Origin: a virus
Virus record (IMG/VR): IMGVR_UViG_3300023179_000072
Span: 17,338-81,337 of that record
Reading direction: 5' to 3' (one strand)
Length of the DNA: 64,000 nucleotides
Shown here one piece after another: positions 1 to 12,540 of the stretch (its first letter is position 1; each line of letters opens with the position of its first letter). A program made the position numbers and the translations under genes. Below the pieces are notes generated by a model. It was given only the letters and a program-made list of their open reading frames with translations, was not told where the DNA came from and ran no database searches.

Positions 1-2268
1 TAGATTTTATGGTTGATTATTATCTGTAATTTTTAGTATTAGATGATAATACTTTTGTTATTTAGTGCTTCTAGCATTGTCTTTTGGCAATAAATCATTA
101 TCTTGTTTATAATTAGGATTAGATGGCCTACCATTTCTAGCTAAATATAAAAAGGCTTTAACACGCGCTATTCCACCAATCATAAATACGAACACAAATC
201 ATATATCCTAAAATACTAAATAAAACTAAACCAGCCATTATATGTCACCTACTTCCATAAAATCCATATCAAGATTAAGTTCATCCCAATCATTTTCTGT
301 CACATTACCCACCACAATATATGTATCATCTTTATAATAATCTTTAGATCTATCATATTCTATATAAAAATCCTCAGATTGAGCCGACTTCATTTGATTA
401 AGATCAGTCACAAGTTCTTGAGCTTCTTTATGACCAATAACAGTACTAAAACATTTAATAAGGATCATCATTCTTTTTCTCCAATAGTCTTATAAATATA
501 ATCGGCCAAACCCTTCAAATCTTCCCTAGATAATGGTGGTTCATCAAAAAATCCGTTTCTAGCATGAAAAGCGACATCATAATCTTTAGTTCTTTGATTA
601 ATTGGATTTTCTCTTTTCTCAATAAAGAATTTTAGATAATCACAAGTATAAGGATTAGTATATTTCATTCTACCTCCCAACTTTCAATTTCCATATCATA
701 ATATCCATTACGATAATAAGACGTATCTCCATAAGATTGTCTTTTACATTTAGCCAATTTGTTATCGGCTACGAACTTTCTTGCGTCATCGTCATTAGAA
801 AATACTCTTACAATTTCTTTATCTGGATGAGGCAAAAACTCTCCACCAATAGTATCCTGATAAACATTTTCTTTTTCGCCAATCACAATATAAACTGTCA
901 TACTTTTTCCTTGGCCTGAAATTGAATTATTGGCAACCGACTAGATTGTATCAGTTGATCTAAACTTTGTAAAGAGGTTGAGTTTAAAGTTCGTAAATAA
1001 TCATCAAAATTATTCCAATCTTTTTTATCTATCATTAACCAATACTCTCGCTCAGAATATCCTAACGAATCTTCATTGTGACATTCTACTCGACCAGCCG
1101 CCCAATTATCTCCATTTTGTTCTATCCATTCTTGGTTCATTATAAGTTCTTGAACCAAATAGTAGTGCCACATAATTATTCTGGTTTCTCCACCAATTTA
1201 ACAATAGTTCCATCTTTAAACTTTATTTCAATCCAATCTTTCCAAGGACTATCAAAACCAGTATAAAATACTCGTTGTATACTAATTATAGGACAGGTTT
1301 TCTTGCCTAGTCGCCCCATTAGATAATTAATTAGTTGATTCATTTTTCTCATAAAATATTGTTCGGTTTTATCTACATCTTATCACTAGAACTAACAGCG
1401 TATGCAACTTAATCATGCCTTACTAGTTTGCTGATAGCAGACCGGACGCACCGAAACCGGGATAGCGTAAGTATACTATGTATATCGGAATTGTCAAGCA
1501 TAGCCTTTAAAGAAAAGCCTTGCCCCACATATATTTACCATTAAGAGTTTTTCCAAATCTCTCAATAGTAAAAATTGTCAACTTAAAATCTTCTTTATAA
1601 ATACAATCATGACGCTTAGACCAATCAGCAGCATCAGCCCAGTTATTAAATATCAAACATTCTGGAAATGGGCCAAGATTGCCAAGATTAGCAATCTCAA
1701 TAGGATCAAAATACAATACTAGTTTATTCATTTATTTTCCCCATTAGGATCAAATCCTATTAATTGATAATAAAACTTAAATAAGTTTTCAATACTCTCA
1801 CCAATTTTATGCCACAATTCACTATCAATATCCAGAGTATCTCTATAGTCTTGCATACAAGAAATAGCGATCATAATATCTTCAGCAAGAGTTGGTTTAT
1901 TTAGATTGCTCATGATTTATAGTATTGCTTTGTTTAGCGATGTTTTATCTATAATAGATATATTGCCGTCAATGTCTTGCTCAATGTATAGATTTTTGGA
2001 CTCATAGATTTTGATTGGATTCTTAGGTGGGCCATTATTTAATTTATCCCACTCTTGTTTAAGTTTATCAATATGATATTGAACCGCTTTATCAGTCATA
2101 ATCCATATCCTTTAAGAATATTTGTAACATAATTTTGTGTTTTAATAATATCTATGGCTCTGATAGCATCTTCTAGAGAAACAAACTCATTGGGTAAATT
2201 AGAATATGTGACTACTGTATTATTTTCTAGAATAATGAATTTATTATCTTGTTTAGTAATAGATAGAT

Positions 2269-2658
2269 TCATTTCTTTTGCTCATCAAAATAGGGAGGTA
2301 GTGGCATCCAATGACTACAGGGAAACCAATCATCATTAATATCTCCATATTCCATTACAATAGCCTTGCCGTCTGTCCATTGACCTTCCCACCATCCAAG
2401 ATTTACTTCTGTAAGAGGATCATCTAAGTAAAAAAGAACACGCTCCCCTTCTTGTGGTAATCTCTCTATTATAGAAATCCATTTTGTATTTATTTGAAAT
2501 TTTACCCACTCAAACCATTGATCTGGAGTAAAATTATAGTATCCTTCTGGCCCTTTGCTGGACAATAATTCTCCAAGTTTCAAAGCAACATTTTGCCATT
2601 CATTAGTCATTTCTTTACCTTTTGTCTCTATTAATAGATATTTGAATAGTACCAACAA
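2269..2658 (-). CDS. DUF551-family protein
   Basis: WISIIERLP...SHWMPLPP signature. Confidence 0.75.
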   Translation of the reverse strand: MLVLFKYLLIETKGKEMTNEWQNVALKLGELLSSKGPEGYYNFTPDQWFEWVKFQINTKWISIIERLPQEGERVLFYLDDPLTEVNLGWWEGQWTDGKAIVMEYGDINDDWFPCSHWMPLPPYFDEQKK

Positions 2659-5053
2659 TCAATCCTAGTTTTAGTTCTTTTAATTCTTGATCGAATCTAC
2701 TCATAATTTTATCAATTTTTTCTTTTAAACTCATTTTTTGTCTTTAAAATTAGTTGAAACTCTATCCATACTAACTTGACTAATTATACCATTCTGAAAT
2801 TCAATTTGCATATAACTCTTAAAAGGACGAATAAGTTCTATAATAGTATCACCATCAACTCCGTCCTCTTTTAACCAGTTAAGTCTTTCTATAAGTTCAT
2901 TTAATGTCATTTCTTTTCTCCAATCTTGATTGGTTTTATCCCATCAAATCCCCAACAATCTCGTATGCTCCAAAATAGATTATCATGCTCTTGTCCGCAA
3001 CATTCACAAATTTGTTGATAATCATATTCTGTTTTACCAGCCCTATCCAACCCTTTATAATCATAGCCATAAGGATCATACCCGTCCAGATCATAAGGAT
3101 TTTCACCAGCATATTTCTCAAACCAGTTTTGGTCTTTTTGATATGCTACACTAACTGTTGGACTATATTTGCCTTTCATTTATCATACTTTCTTTTTAGT
3201 CTTAGATAAGTTTGATATTCAACATCTTGTTGTTTTCTTTTTGATTGTTTGGTCTGATTTCTGGTTTTCATTAGTTTCTTAACTCTAGCATCAAATTCTT
3301 TATCATTTTCCCAACGCTCAATATAAACATCAAATTCACCAGTAAATTTATCTACCCAATTATTATCTTCTACCCAAATTTCATAAGCATCTGGAAATGT
3401 TTCCTGATAATATAGTTGAAGTTCTAGTATGCGTTTAATTATGTCGCCAAAATTTCCTGTTAAAGTTGAAAAATCAATAACTCCAACTCGTTCTTTTACT
3501 TTTTGTCGTTTAATTTTTATTGTCATTTCTTTCCCCAACTATCTATAAAAATAGGATTGCCGTGTTTATCAGTTCCTACTATTGGTCTAACATATTGCCA
3601 TTCTGTGTTTTCTTCTTTATCTTTACAAATTGAACACTTATCATTAGTGGACAATATTCTTTCTTTAGCATCTGCCCAAACTTTTCCACCATATTCAGCC
3701 ATCCAATCTTGATACGCTTGATGGGCCGCTTTGCTACTTTTAAATCGTTCAATTAAATTAAATTCAAAAGTATCTAGGCGACGAATAATATCAGTACCAT
3801 AAACCAGTTCGTTACCTTGGGGTTGGCCGTATTTCTCAGAGTATTTCATTTAACAATAATCCTTACATTTTAAATGAATATTGTGATTATAATCATAATC
3901 ATGTTTTTTGCTAATTGTTTCAACGATATCAATAGATTTATAGTAGTTTAAATCAAGAAGTTTAGAAGATATGAGATTTAGAAGTAATTTTGGTCTTAGA
4001 GATTCGCAAATGATTTCATAAGCATAATCTTCTTTGTTAATAGTTCCAAATCCATAAACACAAAAACATTTATTTGATTGAATAGATTCATCAGTAAAAA
4101 TTTGTAATTGATCCGTAAATACTTGTAAATCTTTTATATATGATAAGTATTTAGAAGGCGATTCCAAAAATTGAATTTTTTTATTAAAACCATCAATAAA
4201 TGCGTTAACCGCACTTTCATAATCTTTATAAATAGTCATTTGTTTCTTTCCACTAATTTTTCAATACCACCAGAAGCCCCACAAATTATCTCCATCATTA
4301 CTTTATTACATTCTAATATATCGTTATAAATAGTTTGATAATCTTTCCAAATCTCCAGACTAGGGCCGCTTGCAGATAGGGACAAAGGCATTTTACCCAA
4401 TCTTTTTAGACTATCTAACTGTTCATTTAATACAGTTTTAATATCGTCAATATCTTGATTAATCATTATTTTTCTCCAAATACTTGTAAATAAAATCGGC
4501 TATCTAATCTATGGTCGTTCCATCCTTGAGACAATTATAGCAAAAATGATGGACATAATTAGTCCTATAAGACTACCACCAAACCATGCTCCTAAAGTCC
4601 AGATAATTGCATCTCTACTAATCATTATTTTTTTCAACATTCCTTTCAAAGATTTAGCCAAATTTTCCACATCATCAATACCCCCCCACATATATTTATA
4701 TCCAAAAAATGACCCATTCTCAATATACCGTTGGTAACTTTCTAATTAGTCTAGAATTAGATCAATTTCATGCTTATCAAGATTAATATTCATTTTTCTC
4801 AATAGTCTTATAAAGAGTGTTAGACAAAATAACTTGTTGAACGAAATATATTATTTTAGTTTGCATTATTTTTCTCCAAATAGTTATTGATAAAATCGGC
4901 CAATCCCTTTAGTTCTTCCTTGGTTAATTTCATTTTCATCCATTCCCAAGAGATAGCATTATTAATAGTCAGATTAAGTAGGCTACCATGTCGTTCAAGA
5001 TCAAACCTGAAAACATCTGCCTTATAAGAATCTTTGATTATCAAACTCATTAT

Positions 5054-5437
5054 TTATTCTCCGCACTGGATTCCTGTTGTAAAAACTATACCCTTACGAG
5101 ACAGAATGGTTTGTGGTTGATCGAATTTGTTAATACGGCTAACCACCCATCCATATTTTGGCTTATCATCTTTCCAACCATACTCATTAGTAATATGAAC
5201 ACAATGTCTTTGATAATCGAAAGCCCAGTGGCCTTTATTCTGGTATTGAAAACAATGACTAAAAGTTATGGTTCCAATAATTCTGCTCTTAAACTTAGCC
5301 GATTTCCCCGGAGTCTCAATCAATGCCAACTCAACATTCTCATACTTCTTAGGTAGGCTATATGATCTTGTTTCTACGGTTTTAGATCCATTCATTAAAA
5401 GATGACTCCAAGGAGTCTGTATGTTTATACCAGTCAT
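5054..5437 (-). CDS. ASCH/PUA-like domain protein
   Basis: GINIQTPWSHLLMNGSKTVETR matches the ASCH GxKxxExR motif. Confidence 0.75.
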   Translation of the reverse strand: MTGINIQTPWSHLLMNGSKTVETRSYSLPKKYENVELALIETPGKSAKFKSRIIGTITFSHCFQYQNKGHWAFDYQRHCVHITNEYGWKDDKPKYGWVVSRINKFDQPQTILSRKGIVFTTGIQCGE

Positions 5438-5976
5438 TCTTGCACCAGAAAGTTATTGATTAAGTTAGCCAGTTTCCACCATTAAATAAGTTTGTGTTCT
5501 TTTAAAATCTTGTACAAATTTTCCATATCTTTTTCATCCAACCGTAGTTCTTCTGGATAATCATTGTTGTAATTGAATATTCTAATCAAATAAGGTTTGT
5601 TTTTCAAATTAGGATTGTAATGAATTTCTATAAGATCATAATCCAAATTTAGAGTTCTGATCTTTGTCATTTTTTGTCCAAGCTTTATTGTCTGATAAAT
5701 ATTGCATTATCTTATTGCCCACATTATTCACACTATCATTTTTAGCATAATAATCATCCAACATATTCTTTATAGTATATCTTTCATCTTGAGTTAAATC
5801 TCTTAATGAAGATGACCGATTTCCCCCATATTCATCATCAATATAATCTGCAACAGCCAGCAGAAATTGATTAAATGATAGGTTGTTTGATTTCATTCTG
5901 ATTTGTGGGTTTGTTTTGATTTGTGGGTTTTCGGTGTATTCTACCATATGAAGTATCGACTGTCAAGGAGACAAAC

Positions 5977-6609
5977 ATGAGAAAATGTCTAGATTGTGAA
6001 ATAGAATTAGGTCAATGTGGAAATGCTAAAAAACGATGTGATTCTTGTCAAAAAGAATATCGTAAATTATGTTGGAGAATGAGGGAGAAAGATCCAGCTA
6101 GAAAAGAACACAATAGACAACGAAATAAAAAATTTAGAGACGCTAATCCAGATAAGATTAAAGAGTATGCTAAAAAACATAATGATAATTATAGGAAGGG
6201 AATCAATAGACAAAATTATTTAGCTAAAAAAAGAGAACTGAATAAAAAATATTACCATGATAATATCGAAACTAAATTAGCTCAGGTATTGAGAAATAAA
6301 CTTTGGAAATCACTAAAAGACCAAAATACAAATAAGCAAAATTCTGCATTAGAATTGGTAGGTTGTTCTAAAGAAGAATTAATAGAACATATACAGTCAC
6401 AATTCAAAAAAGGTATGACATGGGAAAACTGGTCTTTAAATGGTTGGCATATTGACCATATTCGCCCAGTATCTTCTTTTGATCTTTCCGATCCTGCTCA
6501 AGTTAAAGAGTGTTTTCATTTCTCTAATTTACAACCATTATGGGCTATAGAAAATCTGAAAAAATCAAATTCGTGGGAGGAAGACCCGCAGGATGATATA
6601 TTCTTTTGA
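5977..6609 (+). CDS. HNH endonuclease, opposite to neighbouring genes
   Basis: CxxC...CxxC N-terminus; WHIDHIRP...NLQPLWAIENLKKSN; AAGGAG RBS before ATG 5977. Confidence 0.85.
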   Translation: MRKCLDCEIELGQCGNAKKRCDSCQKEYRKLCWRMREKDPARKEHNRQRNKKFRDANPDKIKEYAKKHNDNYRKGINRQNYLAKKRELNKKYYHDNIETKLAQVLRNKLWKSLKDQNTNKQNSALELVGCSKEELIEHIQSQFKKGMTWENWSLNGWHIDHIRPVSSFDLSDPAQVKECFHFSNLQPLWAIENLKKSNSWEEDPQDDIFF

Positions 6610-7818
6610 TTTGTTGCCCATTCATGCCCTATTTACCATAATTAAAGAATTGATTGTGTTGAATAGACGGTTGTATTTGCCTTAAACGGTTAAGAATAAT
6701 GGTCAAATTTTTAGCTTCTGGAACTATTTTTTCATGCAAAGTATCTCCAATAATCCTTTTGATCAGAGCAATTTCTTTATCTGTCAACAATACATTTTTA
6801 TACATTTTTCCCTCAAATACTAACTTATTCTTCCCTTATACCTCACTATACCACACACCATACCATTTGTCAACACAAGCCTTATATCGACAGTTTGATA
6901 AAATACTCTTTAAACTATTTTCCAACAGCCCCCTCGTACCACGGCATAGCATAATAAGTGAAATATAATCAAATTAAGGCTAAAATATAAGCTATTAGCT
7001 CAAAAAACCCTTATTTGTCGGATGTATATGATTTGGAAGAGGAAAAAGAAGGGGTATTTTTAAGGGGAGATAATGATTTTAATAGATAAAAATGCACAGA
7101 AATCATAGAAACCAGAGTCAAAACAGCAATAAATACTAGATTCTGGATAAAAGGAATGTAAAATTCGTTAATTTTTGATTTTTTCATTTTTGATCTCTAA
7201 TTGATAGTGCTAAAGATTTTATGATATGATGCAGATAGGAATCTTATGGACTATTAAATTTGACCAGTATCCCATATAGTATGTATAGTAGTAGTAGTAA
7301 TAATAAGGATAGTAATATTATGTTTTGGTTATATATCATAACAATGATTATTTCTTGGGAAAAATTTTATCTATAAAATATGTTATTAAGTCTATGACTA
7401 TAACCACCATTACAATACATAATACAATACTTATAACAATATCAGTATTATTAATAGTATATATAAGCTCGCTGACTATTTCCATAAATTCGAACTGGAT
7501 ATATTAGGTATGACAGATCGGTTCTTTCATTAGTAGTATAACTGAGCCAGACTATGATTTCAAGAGACTATATTTTTATGTTCTAATTTAGGAATAAGAC
7601 TACTAGTATCATCATAAGGTTTTTTAATATCAATAACTATAATATGATCAGTCAAATCAATATTATTATTATCTTTCCTATAATTTGTAATAGCCTCATG
7701 AAATTTTTTACAAATATAATTACAGTCCATTGTGGGTTGTAACTTGATACTGGTGATCATAATACTTTGTTACTGACTGTTACCATAAAAGCCGAACAGG
7801 ATATATTAGGTAGAACAA

Positions 7819-7891
7819 AGCAAGAGATGGGAATCGAACCCACGACATTTTGATTGGAAATCAAATACTCTACCAACTGAGTTACTCTTGC
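7819..7891 (-). tRNA. tRNA-Gly(TCC)
   Basis: Cloverleaf; anticodon arm TTTGA-TT TCC AA-TCAAA; GGTTCGATTCCC T arm. Confidence 0.9.
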
Positions 7892-7972
7892 TTAATTATT
7901 ATTTTAGATTTGTGCTATTTAATAGTAATCCTAATATAAAAATGAGTAATACAATAATAATTATATTTATAA

Positions 7973-8314
7973 TCAGCGCCAACTCCTTACTCTGTACCAT
8001 TTACCATTACGACCTTGAGCAGCAGCATCTCCTGTTAAAACCATATTAGTTCGGGGAACACAAGTGTTACAATATCTACTGGACCCATAACCTATTCCTT
8101 CAAAATTTCCTATGGTTCCCCATACATGAGATGTTATGTTATTTGATGCCATATAATTTGCTTCTGCCTGACAACGATCTTGATCACTATTAGTTATAGT
8201 ACTAGCATAACTTTCTACCCTTAAATTTTGCTGACTACTATAGTTAGGCTTGGATGCTTCAGCATTTAATGTTCTAACAAAAATTAAACATAAAACTAGC
8301 ATAAGGTTTTTCAT
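7973..8314 (-). CDS. Small secreted protein, possibly CAP/SCP-like
   Basis: N-terminal signal peptide; AEANYMA..SH..EGIGYG..GDAAAQGRNGKWY. Confidence 0.5.
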   Translation of the reverse strand: MKNLMLVLCLIFVRTLNAEASKPNYSSQQNLRVESYASTITNSDQDRCQAEANYMASNNITSHVWGTIGNFEGIGYGSSRYCNTCVPRTNMVLTGDAAAQGRNGKWYRVRSWR

Positions 8315-8346
8315 AATGTCCTCCTTGAATTATTATTGTTATTAAG

Positions 8347-8370
8347 AAAAAACCCCCGAAGACTCGGGGG
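8347..8370 (-). terminator. Intrinsic terminator
   Basis: CCCCCGA-GTCT-TCGGGGG followed by a T-run on the minus strand. Confidence 0.75.
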
Positions 8371-8393
8371 AATTTTCCTAAATAAAACTAATT

Positions 8394-8642
8394 TCATCGC
8401 ACAATATTACGAACTCTGGATACTGTTTTCCTACCAACATTACGAGTAGCCTCAACAGTGCGACGAGTTACTGTAACAGGAACACTAACTACTTCTTGTG
8501 TAACATTAACAACTCTGCTACGAAGAGTACAAGAATTTGAGGCACATTCTCCTGCTACAACAAATGAGCCCGAAAGAATAAAACATACTGCCATTACAAA
8601 TTTAATCATAATTTTCTCCTGGTAAAGTTCTGTCGCATCCAT
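8394..8642 (-). CDS. Small secreted basic protein
   Basis: Signal-peptide-like stretch ending VVA, CxxxxC, Arg/Val-rich tail. Confidence 0.55.
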   Translation of the reverse strand: MDATELYQEKIMIKFVMAVCFILSGSFVVAGECASNSCTLRSRVVNVTQEVVSVPVTVTRRTVEATRNVGRKTVSRVRNIVR

Positions 8643-8800
8643 ACGACCGTTTTCTATATAGTAAAACTATCTGATGTAGTGGTCAACATTGGTCTTTTAA
8701 ACACCATTTACTATGCTGACTACAACCAAAAAAACCAAATCCGCTAGATTAGCTGGGACTAACCTAACGGACTGGTTTTATTACTGATACTATATTGAGT

Positions 8801-9293
8801 TTAAACTACAAAAAATTCAGTATCAGGTTTTTCTGATGTGGTTATTTTTGATCGTCGTGATAGTTTTGTAATTCTGCCACGATTATCATTATGACAAGCT
8901 TCTAAAAAGCATTTGCCCTCATGATTATCTTGATAACCTTTGAATTTCCATTCATAACTTTTTATGATATCTTCTGGTAATGTAGAGTTATCATAAATTT
9001 CTCCTTCAACATCAAAATAGACTATTCTACGAAATGTTCTAGGCATGATGCTGATACTCCTTGGTTAAAGTTGCTGGTTTATCAAAGTCTTCCCAGTTAT
9101 CAACTAAAATATCAGGAGCCTCTTTTCTTATTTCTGATTCTAAAGCATAATTAGATTCTTTGTCTTTTTCTTTACTAAGATAATCTCGTAGTCTATCCTT
9201 TATTTGCATAAAGTCTAATTCACCCAAGATTTGATCTATATACTTTCTTTGAATTTCTTGACGATTAATCTGATTAATAACTTTAGTTTTCAT
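8801..9293 (-). CDS. Two coupled hypothetical proteins (9039-9293, 8801-9046)
   Basis: Overlapping ORFs with RBSs; 9039-9293 resembles 11263-11457. Confidence 0.6.
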
Positions 9294-9511
9294 AAATCAC
9301 CTCATAGAAAAAGTTAAAATACCATTTCTATGACTCCAACTATTCCCCTAGTAACTAAGGTAATATTTGGCACCGTAGTACTTTTGATTTTACCAAAAAT
9401 GAGTTATGAGTCAATTTGATATCTTATATCTTTTTTTATTAGGACCAAGCTATTTGGCTGACTATAACCAACAAAGCCAAATCTGAAAGATTAGCAGAGA
9501 CAGTTGTGCTA

Positions 9512-9808
9512 TTACTTAGTAGTATACTGATATTTATGTTTAAAAAATAACAAACAAAATAGTAATAGATTTAGTAATATAAAATATGAACTTGGTTCGG
9601 GAACACTATGAGAATGATAGTTGTGTATAGTATCAGAATCATGTGTTTTTGATTCTAGTAAAAAAAGATTATAAGAATCATCTTGTTCTTGTTCTTCAAG
9701 CAATTTAAAATTTTGGATATTTTTTATAAAGTCAGATTTATCAATATCTAATATTGAAAAATTATATGAGTATGATGTTAAGAAATCACTAGATAGAGTT
9801 TTTTCCAT
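9512..9808 (-). CDS. Short PEP-CTERM-sorted protein, possibly truncated
   Basis: C-terminal VPEPSS, hydrophobic helix and KHK. Confidence 0.6.
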   Translation of the reverse strand: MEKTLSSDFLTSYSYNFSILDIDKSDFIKNIQNFKLLEEQEQDDSYNLFLLESKTHDSDTIHNYHSHSVPEPSSYFILLNLLLFCLLFFKHKYQYTTK

Positions 9809-10344
9809 AGTTTATAATGTCTTTATTTGGGAAGTTTTTTGTTATATTTTTGATTATGGTTTATGTGAGTCTGTCCCGCGACCCACTCCACTATCATACA
9901 CCAGATGGCAATCAAAAATGATATGGGACATTTTATTAAAGGCTGTGTGTGGTTGGTCTATGTTTTTAAATGGCCATATCCTAGCTCTTCATAAATTTAA
10001 GTTGTACTCATAAAAAAATTTTTACTTGACAGAAATCAGAGAAAAAGTTACATATTATGCAGGTGGTAAGGTTAAATATTAAAAGGTCTATAACACAATA
10101 GATACTAGTGAATAATAAATCTAAGTAAAGTTACTATTAGCAACACCCCTGCATTCTTTCAGTCCACTAGCAACTCCAATAACCATAGCCAAACAAAAAA
10201 TATAACACATTGGCAAAATATCCTTTTACTAGAGTTTTGGTTGACAAGCACAGTTTTTGAGGTATGATGAGAAAGGGTTCCTTCCCTCCTGCTACCCATT
10301 GTAACACACGGAGCTATTGGCACAATGCGTTGAGAATGAAAGAT

Positions 10345-10737
10345 TTACATCATAACTTCAAGATCACGCAAGGTTTGAATGGTGGTCCACAGCCCAGGAA
10401 CTATTTCTAAACAGGATATTTCTTTTATGCTGGCCCAGATATAACCAGAATGTTCCCAGTTTAATTTTACACTATACTCTTTGGTACTAGTAGCATAAAA
10501 TACTATTTTACTATATTTAGGATAATTAATAGTAACAGACTTTAGTTCTGAATGTGATAAAACTATTCCTGTTTCCTCACTTAACTCTCTTACTGCACAA
10601 TCTAATAGAGTTTCATTATGTTCTAATTTTCCACCAGGCAAACAATACTTATCAGGATTCCAAGGTGCTGTTGATCCTCTTTTTAGCAACAGAACCTTGT
10701 TTTTATGTACCAATGCTACTGTGGAGCTTTTTTGCAT
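10345..10737 (-). CDS. Nudix hydrolase
   Basis: Nudix box GGKLEHNETLLDCAVRELSEETG. Confidence 0.92.
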   Translation of the reverse strand: MQKSSTVALVHKNKVLLLKRGSTAPWNPDKYCLPGGKLEHNETLLDCAVRELSEETGIVLSHSELKSVTINYPKYSKIVFYATSTKEYSVKLNWEHSGYIWASIKEISCLEIVPGLWTTIQTLRDLEVMM

Positions 10738-10901
10738 TTAATTTGATGATGGTTTGATTGTTATATTAGGTGGCAAAGAATTATCATAATCAGCAACTAA
10801 ATTATTACTTATATCTTCATTAACCAAAGTTAAAATTTCATTAACATAATCTAGCTCAAAAGTTTTGTAAAATTTATCTTGAACATAAACATCATATTTT
10901 C

Positions 10902-11705
10902 TCATAATTTAATACTTCCTGGTTTCCATAACATGCCTATAAAAAATCCAAGAATAAAATTTAAAAGTCCTACTATAACTATATTTTCATAAAAAGTTCT
11001 TATAGATAAATATCCATAGTAAGGATCTAGTGCCATATATTTTGAGTATGAACTATTTGTTAGAATTTCTAATTCTGTGCTCATCATAGAGACCGCGATC
11101 CATGCGAATAAACATCCGCAAAAAATAGACCGAATTAATCTCCATAAATTTTTCATACAGAGTCCAACTAGTTAAATAACTTATTATACACCCATTAATC
11201 ACCACTCTCCATATAAATAATAAGAGTAACAAGAAATATAGCAAATAGATACATTGTAAATATCATGATTGTTCCAAAATATATGGATAAAATTCATTTA
11301 TTTCATTTTCCAAAACCTCATTAGTCAACAAATCTTTTTCACTCATCAAATGTTCATAAGCAAAAGTATACAAAGTATCAGAGTCCATACCGTCTAATAT
11401 GGCACCCACATATTGCTCTGTTAACTCGTCACGATTAAAATCATTAATTTTGATCATATTTTTTTCTAATTGGTACTATTTATGTGAAAACCGGCCAAAT
11501 CCCTATTAACATTCTTACAACACTCTTTTAATTTTTCAGGATTAATAATATCCCCTAAATGTAAAAGTGCTTCATATGTTTTATCATCAATAGTATCATA
11601 CTTCAAAGCATCATGAAACAAATAGAAATATCTGGTTTCTATCTCTTTTAAAAGAGTATTAACTTGTTTATTAAGATATACTATACTATTTAAATCGCCC
11701 ACCAT
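10902..11705 (-). CDS. Three small hypothetical proteins (10902-11156 membrane, 11263-11457, 11466-11705)
   Basis: ORF track; two hydrophobic segments in 10902-11156. Confidence 0.55.
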
Positions 11706-12469
11706 ACTAATTAACCCTCTCTTTATACTTATACTTGAATATTTTCTTTAGAACTTTTTATACTATCAATTTCCCAACTTTCCATATAAATAGTATTCTC
11801 ATCAGGATACTGGATCATTAATTCGGTCAGTTTTATATAGCGTCCATTTTAGATTTACAATTTCTCATAACAATATTTACATTAACATAATAATAAGTTT
11901 TATCAGTTTCTTCCTGCATAATCAATGGACTCCCATTTGTTGCTGACTATCACCACGACCGCCAAATCCGAAGGATAAGGTGCGACAGTAAAGGGTTCCA
12001 ATATAAGCCAGACTACTAACAATAGTCTTATAAAGTTGGTGTTCATAATACTGAGATTTTGTCTCAAATATTTTCTACCACTTTTACTATCACTATCCCA
12101 CACACCAGTATACCATACTTTGCTACTGGTGGCAAGTCTTTTAGTTTCAAGGGTTTATGTTGAATCATCTCTTTTACTATTTGATCATATTCTGGCTGAC
12201 TATCGGCATGTGGGGCAAACCGGCTAGATAAGGTGGTACAGTTTAGGTATTCTCTTTTTTTACAAAACCTATTATAATTTTTATCTAAACCCTTTATTTC
12301 CATATACTTACAACCCCACCCCCCTATCCATTATATCGGCAGTCTGGCCTTTGTAAATTAGAAAACTTTCGTAACCCCTTATGGATATTAAACTTACGAC
12401 AAATTTTACGGGCCCCGGTCGTCACAAGTCCTTTGCTAGCAAGCACTTACGCACTTACCCACAATCTAC

Positions 12470-12512
12470 AAAAAAAAGGAAGCCGCCCCCCATTTCTGAG
12501 GGACGGCCTCCC
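12470..12512 (-). terminator. Intrinsic terminator after the DUF932 gene
   Basis: GGAGGCCGTCCC...GGGGCGGCTTCC hairpin followed by a T-run on the minus strand. Confidence 0.7.
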
Positions 12513-12540
12513 CGAGCCACGCACCACGAAAGGAGAGCGA

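Larger units (their letters stand above)
238..5895 (-). other. Cluster of about 20 short, tightly packed hypothetical phage ORFs
   Basis: Overlapping start/stop codons (ATGA), GGAG-type RBSs, all minus strand; e.g. 238-471, 468-680, 665-901, 898-1173, 1507-1731, 1728-1913, 1917-2099, 2907-3179, 3176-3538, 3523-3849, 3850-4239, 4236-4466, 4856-5050, 5482-5670. Confidence 0.75.

Noticed and set aside
5899-5930. Short tandem duplication TGATTTGTGGGTTT x2
   Set aside because: Only two copies in a leader region, with no further support for function.
6830-7470. Possible replication origin in an AT-rich, ORF-poor gap
   Set aside because: No iterons or DnaA-box cluster recognised; insufficient evidence.
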